Positions 9,434-16,065 of a stretch of DNA of 63,643 nt are shown here, one piece after another. The DNA is taken from assembly GCA_944359935.1 (NCBI GenBank), contig CALVTD010000002.1:1-63643 (forward strand), read 5' to 3'. The DNA comes from an uncultured Clostridia bacterium (GTDB taxonomy: Bacteria > Bacillota > Clostridia > Christensenellales > UBA1242). A program made the position numbers and the translations under genes. Below the pieces are notes generated by a model. That model had not been told where the DNA came from and searched no databases. It saw only the letters and a program-made list of their open reading frames with translations. Each line of letters begins with the position of its first letter. The first letter of the stretch is position 1.

Positions 9434-9457
9434 CCAAGCGTTACGCTTGGCTTTTTT
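9434..9457. terminator. Bidirectional terminator between the convergent genes recD2 and 9456-9638
   Basis: CCAAGCG-TTA-CGCTTGG (9434-9450), flanked by an A-run upstream and a T6 run downstream. Confidence 0.8.
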
Positions 9458-9638
9458 ATCTTTCAAGAATAATATGTGATGCTGGTTTAACCTTGTTTGT
9501 TACAACTCTTTTCATATCCTCATACACAGTGTTTTCACTAGTCATTTGTTGATAGAGAGGGTCGTTTTTTGGGTCTGCAAAAAATTTAAGAGCCTCCTTA
9601 ATTTCTTTACTATCACTGGTGTCGAACAAATTTTCCAT
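9456..9638 (-). CDS. Small hypothetical protein (60 aa)
   Basis: The track ORF is 9456-9695. The internal ATG at 9636-9638 is preceded by AAAAGGAGGAG, so the likely product is MENLFDTSDSKEIKEALKFFADPKNDPLYQQM... No recognisable family. Confidence 0.5.
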   Translation of the reverse strand: MENLFDTSDSKEIKEALKFFADPKNDPLYQQMTSENTVYEDMKRVVTNKVKPASHIILER

Positions 9639-9790
9639 GCCACTCCTCCTTTTAGTCAGTGACGCAATTTTAACATTCCCAGCGTGGCAAGTCAAGAAGA
9701 ATTTTGCAAAAAAACTTTTAAATTTGAGTATTTTTGCTGTTTTTTGAAGTTTTTAATCACTTTTTCTGCATTTTTGAATAAAAACTTAAT

Positions 9791-10249
9791 ATGAAATATG
9801 ACAGAAACAAAGCCATAGCCTATGCCAATAAATACGCCTTATCAAAAAATCCAGAGTATTATTATTTCGGCGGAATAGGCGGGGACTGCACAAATTTTAT
9901 AAGTCAGTGTTTACATGCCGGTGGTTTTGACATGGTTTATGATGATTTTGAGGGCTGGTTTTATGTGAACCTCAATTTTCGCTCAGCCAGTTGGACAGGG
10001 GTGGAGTTTTTGCGCAATTTTTTGTTGCAAGCCGATGCAGCGCCAAATGGTGAAATAGTCGGTCGGGACGAACTTCAAGAAGGGGACATAATTTTTTTAA
10101 ACAACGGGTTAAGATATTACCACTCGCTTTTTGTAAGCAAAATTGAAAACGGGCAAATTTATGTTTGCGCGCATTCTTTTGCCGCGCAAAACCGCAACCT
10201 CAACGACTACAAATTTTTTAAAAGTGAATTTGTTCATATAAAAGATTGA
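9791..10249 (+). CDS. Putative amidase-domain protein (Pfam Amidase_6-like, papain/NlpC-like Cys-His fold)
   Basis: 152 aa. YDRNKAIAYANKYALSKNPEYYYFGGIGGDCTNFISQCLHAGG carries the typical conserved Cys. A later segment reads HSLFV...VCAHS. Confidence 0.65.
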   Translation: MKYDRNKAIAYANKYALSKNPEYYYFGGIGGDCTNFISQCLHAGGFDMVYDDFEGWFYVNLNFRSASWTGVEFLRNFLLQADAAPNGEIVGRDELQEGDIIFLNNGLRYYHSLFVSKIENGQIYVCAHSFAAQNRNLNDYKFFKSEFVHIKD

Positions 10250-10288
10250 TTTAAACCTGTCCTTTTTTATGGCTTGGCAGCATAAGAT

Positions 10289-11755
10289 ATGGGTGTGAAA
10301 AAAAACTCAAACGCGCTGCCGTTTAAAAATAAACTTTGCTATGGCATTGGTGGACTGGGATATAACAGCCTTGGTCAAACCATAGGCTCTTTTTTAATGT
10401 TTTTTTGCACCTCTATTATGGGACTTTCTGGAACACTGGTGGGACTTGCCATCGGCATCTCTTCACTTTGGGATGGAATAAGCGACCCTCTGGTGGGCAA
10501 TATCAGCGACAGGGCAAAAAATAGCCGCTTTGGCAAGCGGTTAAAGTTTATGCTGGTGGCAATTTTTTTAATTGGAATTTGTAATGTGATGTTGTGGAGC
10601 ATGCCAAAAGGTTCGCAAGGGTTTATGTTTTGCTGGCTGTTGTTTTTTCTACTGCTGCTTGAAACATGCAACACTTTTTGGTCTACACCTTACTCGGCTT
10701 TGGCACTGGATATGGCGCCAGACTATAACGAGCAGTCAAAAATTCAGTCTTATAAAACCGCTTTTAACATTATTGGAATGATTTTGCCAAGCATTTTGAT
10801 GTTTTTCATTATGCCATCACTTTCTCTTGGCACGGACTCTGCTGACGCAAACCAATCGGGGTTTATCACCATGGCGCTGATAAACTCGCTGCTTGTGGTG
10901 GTTTTTGGGTTGATAACAATTTTTGGAAGTTTGAAAAGAGTGCGCACGCATGTTAAATACACGGCAGTCGCGCCTGAAAAACACAATTTTAAAAAGTTGA
11001 TGTTTGGATATTTCGAAGTGTTTAAAAACCCTGGTTTTGCATGCGTGATTGCGGGATACTCCATCGCGCAGATTGCCTCTTCATTTTTGACCTCTGTTGG
11101 AATGCATCTATTCACATACTGCTATCACTTTTCAACCGCGCAAATTTCACTGCTGCTGATTTTGCTGTTTGCGGGGGCGATTGTTTCACAACCATTTTGG
11201 GTGGCGCTTTCAAAACGGATTGACAAAAAGGGCGCGTTAATTTCTGCCTTGTCACTGATTTTGTTGGGCATTGGGCTTACGCTAATCTCATTTTTGTTTA
11301 GACAGTATGTGCCGTCAAACTTCATCTATTATTTTGTTATGGTAACCATTTTGATTTGTGGATTTGGGATAGGGGCGATGCAGTCGCTGCCAATTTCCAT
11401 GTATGCAGATGTGGTTACTCTTGAACAGTATAAAACCGGCGTGAACAAATCGGGGGCATATTTGGGGTATTATTCTTTCACATACAATCTTTCAAACTCC
11501 ATTTCACTTTTGATTATCGGTGTGCTGCTGGACGCAATAAAGTTTGATTCTTCTCAGCCTATTCAGGCGTTAAGTGTGCAAAATGGGTTGGGCACGATTG
11601 TGTTCTGTGGCTGCTCCATTGCGCTGGCGTGTGCAATTTTGATTTTTTCGCGATACAAAATTAAAAGGGCGGATGTGCTGAAAGCGCAGATGAAAATAGA
11701 AGAGAGTAATCGTGGAGGAAACCAAAAAATTAACGCGGGCACGCCAGATGGCTAA
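10289..11755 (+). CDS. GPH-family (glycoside-pentoside-hexuronide:cation symporter, MelB/YicJ-like) MFS transporter
   Basis: 488 aa with 12 TM segments. N-terminal KLCYGIGGLGYNSLGQTIGSFLMFF and the loop motif WDGISDPLVGNISDRAKNSRFGKRLKF are typical of GPH symporters. The last 48 nt or so overlap repeat copy B. Confidence 0.85.
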   Translation: MGVKKNSNALPFKNKLCYGIGGLGYNSLGQTIGSFLMFFCTSIMGLSGTLVGLAIGISSLWDGISDPLVGNISDRAKNSRFGKRLKFMLVAIFLIGICNVMLWSMPKGSQGFMFCWLLFFLLLLETCNTFWSTPYSALALDMAPDYNEQSKIQSYKTAFNIIGMILPSILMFFIMPSLSLGTDSADANQSGFITMALINSLLVVVFGLITIFGSLKRVRTHVKYTAVAPEKHNFKKLMFGYFEVFKNPGFACVIAGYSIAQIASSFLTSVGMHLFTYCYHFSTAQISLLLILLFAGAIVSQPFWVALSKRIDKKGALISALSLILLGIGLTLISFLFRQYVPSNFIYYFVMVTILICGFGIGAMQSLPISMYADVVTLEQYKTGVNKSGAYLGYYSFTYNLSNSISLLIIGVLLDAIKFDSSQPIQALSVQNGLGTIVFCGCSIALACAILIFSRYKIKRADVLKAQMKIEESNRGGNQKINAGTPDG

Positions 11756-11893
11756 CCGCGATTTTTTGTTTTCCCCACGAACCCCTTTCCGCCTCGCTGG
11801 GCTCGCCTCTGGACTCGCCTGGCGCTGGCATGGTGTTCGCAAATTTTCATGAACAGGCTAAGCCTTTGCCTCATGAAAATTTGACTCCAAAAA
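11708..11893 (+). repeat. Copy B of the structured repeat of about 185 nt (partner 3112-3297)
   Basis: See copy A. It begins inside the 3' end of the GPH gene (the stop TAA at 11753-11755 lies in the identical 22-mer). It contains GC-rich CCGCCTCGCTGGGCTCGCCTCTGGACTCGCCTGGCG and the hairpin CAAATTTTCATGA...TCATGAAAATTTG (11840-11884). Confidence 0.75.
11721..11742 (+). repeat. 22-bp direct repeat, left copy (ACCAAAAAATTAACGCGGGCAC)
   Basis: Identical 22-mer at 11721-11742 (inside the GPH gene) and at 11909-11930. The two copies bracket 166 nt that carry most of repeat copy B. Confidence 0.9.
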
Positions 11894-11908
11894 TAATATA
11901 TTTAAATT

Positions 11909-11930
11909 ACCAAAAAATTAACGCGGGCAC
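11909..11930 (+). repeat. 22-bp direct repeat, right copy
   Basis: Identical to 11721-11742. Confidence 0.9.
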
Positions 11931-11932
11931 TC

Positions 11933-12050
11933 GGGCGAATTGCAACTATATGTTTGTTTTCGCTTGCGGCGAAAATCTGCGCGCGAGCAGTTGAATTCGC
12001 CCTCTCGCGGCCAAACGAAAATCGCGCTAACGCTGGCGATTTTGCCGCGA
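11933..12050 (+). other. Two tandem GC-rich extended hairpins (candidate structured RNA or REP-like element)
   Basis: Hairpin 1 has arms GGGCGAATTGCAACT (11933-11947) and AGTTGAATTCGCCC (11989-12002), enclosing an inner TTTTCGC/GCGAAAA stem. Hairpin 2 has TCGCGGC (12005-12011) and GCCGCGA (12044-12050), enclosing AAAATCGC/GCGATTTT. Confidence 0.5.
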
Positions 12051-12146
12051 CTTAAAGAGGAATTTTGGTGACATTATAAGCGTTGATAATAACACGCCAT
12101 TGAATAAATTCGCCAAATTTGAAACATGCTAACATCAGGAGAGAGT

Positions 12147-12638
12147 ATGAAAAAAGGTTTGGCGTTTTTATTTGCCGTCATCATGCTTGCACCGCTGCTT
12201 TTGGTGGGTTGCGGCAGGCAATATACATATGGGATAGTTGAAAGGGATAACGCGCTTACGGGCGGCAACCTTTCTTTCGTTTATGACGAGGCCACCCATA
12301 CTGCCACATTTGGCGGCGAGGGCGAGGCGGTTTTGTTTTATGAAGCCGATGAGGGCTTAGGCCGAGTGGCTGGAAACAGAATTGGCTTTAAAATTTATGC
12401 GCCGTGCGATGTAACCGATTACAGCAAAGCCAAACTCAATTTTCAAGGTGAGGAAATCACAGGCGGCGCGTTTATGCAAACGGTTTATGGGCAGGTTATG
12501 AATTATTTTGTGCTTACGCCGATTGTGAGTGAGGATAACCGTCAGTTTGAAGTTAAAGTAACTTGGACGCAGGATGCCGAAGCGCAGGTTTACACAATAA
12601 AAGTGGCAGATGGAACAAAGTTTGTTGCAGGGGAATAA
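12147..12638 (+). CDS. Lipoprotein, function unknown
   Basis: The track ORF is 12126-12638. The ATG at 12147 follows AGGAGAGAG. The signal MKKGLAFLFAVIMLAPLLLVGC carries a lipobox LLVGC. The mature part is beta-rich. Confidence 0.7.
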   Translation: MKKGLAFLFAVIMLAPLLLVGCGRQYTYGIVERDNALTGGNLSFVYDEATHTATFGGEGEAVLFYEADEGLGRVAGNRIGFKIYAPCDVTDYSKAKLNFQGEEITGGAFMQTVYGQVMNYFVLTPIVSEDNRQFEVKVTWTQDAEAQVYTIKVADGTKFVAGE

Positions 12639-12699
12639 TTAAAATAAAATGCCCAAAATTTATCATAACTTTTGCTAATTTTATGATATAATGGGTTTT

Positions 12700-13518
12700 A
12701 TGAAAAAAGAAAATAATGTGCAGGGCGAGGCGCAAACTGCTTCTCAGCAAAAAACAAAAAAGTTAAATAAGGAAGAAATTTTTAGGGCGCTTAAATTTTT
12801 GGGATTTTCAATTTCGGCGGGCGTTATTCAAATTATTTCTTTCACGCTGTTATATGATGTAATTCACTGGCTGTGGTGGCCAAGTTATTTAATCTCAATA
12901 ATTTTGTCGGTGGTTTGGAATTTCACTTTCAACCGCAAGTTTACTTTTAAATCGGCAAACAATGTGCCAATCGCCATGGCTTGGACGCTGCTGTATTATG
13001 CCGCCTTCATTCCAATTTCGGTGTTCGGTGGTGATGCGCTTGAAAACATTGGTTGGAATGGAACACTTGTTACTTTCATCATGATGGTGATTAACTTTGT
13101 TACCGAATTTTTGTGGCAGAGGTTTTTCGTGTTTAGAAAAAGCATCAACTCTAAGCCACTTCCTAAAACCGTGGAGATGAAACTCAGTCCAAGCGCATAT
13201 GAGGGTTTTGTGAGTGGTGATAAAAGGGTGGAAATGCGCGCAAATGATGAAAAGCGAAAAACGCTTTTAAAAGGCGACCACATCTTGTTTAAAAACCAAG
13301 AAGATGAAAGCAAATTTTTTAAGGCAACAATAACGGCCATCAAGAAGTTTGATAGTTTTGACGAACTTTACAAAAATTATAATAAAAAAGACTTGGGCTA
13401 TAAAGCCGATGAAGAGGCCTCGCCACAAGATATGCAAAAATATTATTCGCCAGAGGATATAAATGACGGCGTGCTTGCAATAGAGGTGAAGTTTAATAAA
13501 AATAAAGCCAAGGTTTAA
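12700..13518 (+). CDS. GtrA-family membrane protein fused to a C-terminal ASCH (PUA-like) domain
   Basis: N-terminal half LKFLGFSISAGVIQIISFTLLYDV...VVWNFTFNRKFTFKS...FLWQRFFVF is the GtrA signature with 4 TM segments. C-terminal half MKLSPSAYEGFVSGDKRVEMRANDEKRKTLLKGDHILFKN...ATITAIKKF...LAIEV reads as ASCH. The ATG at 12691 overlaps the -10 box TATAAT (12687-12692), so I prefer the ATG at 12700 (leaderless geometry). Confidence 0.65.
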   Translation: MKKENNVQGEAQTASQQKTKKLNKEEIFRALKFLGFSISAGVIQIISFTLLYDVIHWLWWPSYLISIILSVVWNFTFNRKFTFKSANNVPIAMAWTLLYYAAFIPISVFGGDALENIGWNGTLVTFIMMVINFVTEFLWQRFFVFRKSINSKPLPKTVEMKLSPSAYEGFVSGDKRVEMRANDEKRKTLLKGDHILFKNQEDESKFFKATITAIKKFDSFDELYKNYNKKDLGYKADEEASPQDMQKYYSPEDINDGVLAIEVKFNKNKAKV

Positions 13519-13531
13519 CCTTGGTTTTTTT
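13508..13531 (+). terminator. Rho-independent terminator
   Basis: CCAAGGT-TTA-ACCTTGG overlaps the stop codon and is followed by a T7 run. Confidence 0.7.
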
Positions 13532-13536
13532 AAATA

Positions 13537-13617
13537 GGGTTCGACTCCCCAGTTAACTATTAAAAAAAAGAAATTGTATTTTAACAATTCCTTCTTCTTT
13601 GGTAGCCTCAAGGGGAG
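13537..13617. repeat. Duplicated unit containing tRNA-Glu fragments: T-arm on the plus strand, terminator hairpin, and the last 18 nt of the tRNA on the minus strand
   Basis: GGGTTCGACTCCCCA (13537-13551), then hairpin AAGAAATTGT/ACAATTCCTT, then TGGTAGCCTCAAGGGGAG (13600-13617). The same three blocks recur 129-130 nt downstream (13666-13680 and 13730-13747), where the last block is the real tRNA-Glu 3' end. Confidence 0.8.
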
Positions 13618-13729
13618 CCACACCCTAAAAATGATAAATCATTTTCAGGGAACCCACGAACCCAAGGGTTCGACTCCCCATTTAGTTGCAACAAAAAAAG
13701 GAATTGTATTTTAACAATTCCTTCTCTCA

Positions 13730-13804
13730 TGGTAGCCTCAAGGGGAGTCGAACCCCTCATTCCGCCGTGAAAGGGCGGCGTCTTAACCGATTGACCATGA
13801 GGCC
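13730..13804 (-). tRNA. tRNA-Glu (anticodon UUC), CCA encoded
   Basis: The reverse complement is GGCCTCATGGTCAATCGGTTAAGACGCCGCCCTTTCACGGCGGAATGAGGGGTTCGACTCCCCTTGAGGCTACCA. The anticodon arm is CCGCC-CTTTCAC-GGCGG. Close to the Bacillus tRNA-Glu pattern. Followed on the minus strand by hairpin AAGGAATTGT/ACAATTCCTT plus a T-run. Confidence 0.9.
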
Positions 13805-13877
13805 ACAAAGCGCCTTTTATAGCGACGCTTTTGATTATATGTGAAATTTGTTATAAAGTCAAGCATTTTTGCGATTT

Positions 13878-14642
13878 TTATTTATTTTTTAATGGACTGC
13901 GCGCAAAACTTACCACATATACATGATTTGCATACTTTTTCAGTGCTAAGCAGCATTCGTTGGCAGTTGCTCCCGTAGTGACCACATCATCAACAAGCAA
14001 AATGTCTTTGCCAAACACTTGTTTTTTGTTGCTTACAAGAAAGGCGTCTTTTAAATTGGTTTTTCTTTGCGCCATGTTTAAATCTTTTTGATGTTTGGTT
14101 TCAAGCACTTTGTTTAAACTTGCGCTGTCCACTTGCTTTTTATAGATTTTGCCAAGTTCATCGGCAAGCAGTTGTGATTGATTGTATTTTCGTTTTGCCA
14201 AAGATTTTTGTGAAAGGGGAACGGGAATAATCAAATCAAAAGAAAAACTTTCTTGATTAAGCCTGTCGCTCATAAGCCTTGCCATGTCGGGAGCAAGGTA
14301 GGCGGCGTTGTCATTTTTTAATTTGAGGATGAGTGCTTTTGCAGGGCCTTCATATTTCATAGGCGCAACTGCTTTATCAAAATGTTTTTTGTATTCAAGG
14401 CATCCGTCGCAAACATCGCCTTCGCCTTCCATTTCGCAATCACAAATTTTGCAGCGTTTGCCTCTGTTGAAAGGGGCGGAGGTTTCGCAACTACTGCAAT
14501 AAACCTGCTTGTCGTGGTCTGGGATGTCGGCATTACAAAACAGGCACTTCAAATTTGAAGGAAAAAGCACCTCTAAAAACGCATTCCAATACTTAACAAC
14601 CGCTTTTTTAAAATTTTCAATTTTCATTTGAAAATATTTCAC
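13878..14642 (-). CDS. comFC: ComF family protein (ComFC-type phosphoribosyltransferase-domain protein)
   Basis: 254 aa. The N-terminal zinc-finger cysteines read CLFCNA...CSSCE...CKICDC...CDGC. The C-terminal PRT motif is ILLVDDVVTTGATANEC. The start could be the internal ATG at 14627. Confidence 0.8.
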   Translation of the reverse strand: MKYFQMKIENFKKAVVKYWNAFLEVLFPSNLKCLFCNADIPDHDKQVYCSSCETSAPFNRGKRCKICDCEMEGEGDVCDGCLEYKKHFDKAVAPMKYEGPAKALILKLKNDNAAYLAPDMARLMSDRLNQESFSFDLIIPVPLSQKSLAKRKYNQSQLLADELGKIYKKQVDSASLNKVLETKHQKDLNMAQRKTNLKDAFLVSNKKQVFGKDILLVDDVVTTGATANECCLALKKYANHVYVVSFARSPLKNK

Positions 14643-14958
14643 CCTTTAAAATTTTGTCAACTCTGCCTTTTCTAATGCGTTCATTAAACGGGCGAAAGGT
14701 TACGCATTCAACAAACTCCCAAATAAACACCCATGTGATTATTTCAAAAATCACGCCCACAACTTCTGGTGCGTTATACGCATGCAAAAAATGTATGGGA
14801 ATTAAAAACAGGCACCCAATTAAAAACAACACCGCCCCGAGGATGTAAAACTTTTTTTGTTTCAAAACATAGTTTTCAAAATCGTCGTTCACGGTTTTGA
14901 TGTTAAACTCGTTGTAAATGTCGTGAATGTTTTGTAAGTTGACCTCAATTGTTTTCAT
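14617..14958 (-). CDS. Small membrane protein, function unknown
   Basis: 113 aa with two hydrophobic helices (FYILGAVLFLIGCLFLIPIHF and VVGVIFEIITWVFIWEFV). It overlaps the comFC start. Confidence 0.5.
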   Translation of the reverse strand: MKTIEVNLQNIHDIYNEFNIKTVNDDFENYVLKQKKFYILGAVLFLIGCLFLIPIHFLHAYNAPEVVGVIFEIITWVFIWEFVECVTFRPFNERIRKGRVDKILKGEIFSNEN

Positions 14959-15014
14959 ATGATTATTATATCTTAAATTTAAATTTTATCAAATTAAATC
15001 AATAAAAAAGCGGC

Positions 15015-15761
15015 TTAAAGCCGCCTATTTATGGAATTTTGGTTTTCGCTGCTCAGCCTTTCAAGTTCGGTAAAAACTTTTGCGATGTCTTGGTTTATTT
15101 CGAGGGTGACGGGTCTATCCAGTTGAACATGGTTTTTATTGATTACCACCAAATTTTTGCCCTCAAACTGGCTTATCAAATAAACTGGCAACTGGGTTTG
15201 CAAACTTGTGCCCACAACCACCAGCGTGTCAGCGTTTCGCAAACGGGCTTGGGCGTCAAGGATTTTAAGCGTTGGAATATTTTCATTGTAAAACACCGCG
15301 TCAGGCCTGATTATGCCAAAGTCGATAGGGCACAGCAGACTGTCACCATCAAGCACTTCATCAAAAGTGAAAGTGTGGCCGCACGAGATGCATCGCCATT
15401 TTTGAAAAGTGCCGTGAAGTTCGATAACTTTTTTGCTGCCAGCCTCTTGGTGAAGATTGTCTATGTTTTGCGTAATCACCGTAACAGTTTTGTGCTGCTG
15501 CAAAGAGGAGATGTATGTGTGGCAAACATTTGGGCTTGTTTTGCCTGCAAAATATTTTTTCACAAACTGCAAAAACACATCGGGATGCTTTTGAATAAAC
15601 CCGCCAGTCATTATGTCAATTGTGTCAAAGCTCATGAATTTTTGTGAATAGATGGTTTCAAAATCGGTTATTCCGCTTGGCGTTGATGCGCCAGCACCGG
15701 TTAAAAAAACTATGTTTTGTGATTGGGTGATGATGTTATGTAACTTGGCTATTTCTTGCAT
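15015..15761 (-). CDS. NAD-dependent protein deacylase (Sir2/CobB family sirtuin)
   Basis: FLTGAGASTPSGITDF, QNIDNLHQEAG, the zinc ribbon CISCGH...CPIDFG, and VVVGTSLQ. The track start is 15776, but the ATG at 15759-15761 follows AGGAG. Confidence 0.85.
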   Translation of the reverse strand: MQEIAKLHNIITQSQNIVFLTGAGASTPSGITDFETIYSQKFMSFDTIDIMTGGFIQKHPDVFLQFVKKYFAGKTSPNVCHTYISSLQQHKTVTVITQNIDNLHQEAGSKKVIELHGTFQKWRCISCGHTFTFDEVLDGDSLLCPIDFGIIRPDAVFYNENIPTLKILDAQARLRNADTLVVVGTSLQTQLPVYLISQFEGKNLVVINKNHVQLDRPVTLEINQDIAKVFTELERLSSENQNSINRRL

Positions 15762-15835
15762 GTTTACTCCTAGCATTAAAAATTATAACGAAATATTATT
15801 CGCCTTATCTTAACATAAATCGCAGCAAACTTCAA

Positions 15836-15997
15836 TCACTTTTTGGTTATTGAAAGGATTGTGCCTTCTTTTATGGAACTTGGCGTCAAATAATTCTCCA
15901 CCAAAATTTGTGTGGGGCTAACCTCAAATTTTTGCGCGATAGAGGCAAGGGTGTCGCCTTTTTTAACGATGTAGTATGGTGCAAAAACCTTTTTCAT
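15836..15997 (-). CDS. Small LysM-domain protein (53 aa)
   Basis: Below the track size cut-off. Reverse-complement translation gives MKKVFAPYYIVKKGDTLASIAQKFEVSPTQILVENYLTPSSIKEGTILSITKK, a canonical LysM (Y.VKKGDTL..IA..F.V....L...N). AAGAGAGG lies upstream. Confidence 0.6.
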   Translation of the reverse strand: MKKVFAPYYIVKKGDTLASIAQKFEVSPTQILVENYLTPSSIKEGTILSITKK

Positions 15998-16065
15998 TTT
16001 AACCTCTCTTTTATCTTATTGTATTAAATGGACAAGTGCAGTAATACAATATTTTTGGAGGAAAA

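Noticed and set aside
15015-15761. The Sir2-domain protein as part of a defence system (Thoeris, DSR or SIR2-HerA type).
   Set aside because: It is a short canonical sirtuin with a zinc ribbon and the standard NAD-binding motifs. No fused sensor or effector domain and no partner gene is present. The neighbours are comFC and a LysM peptide.
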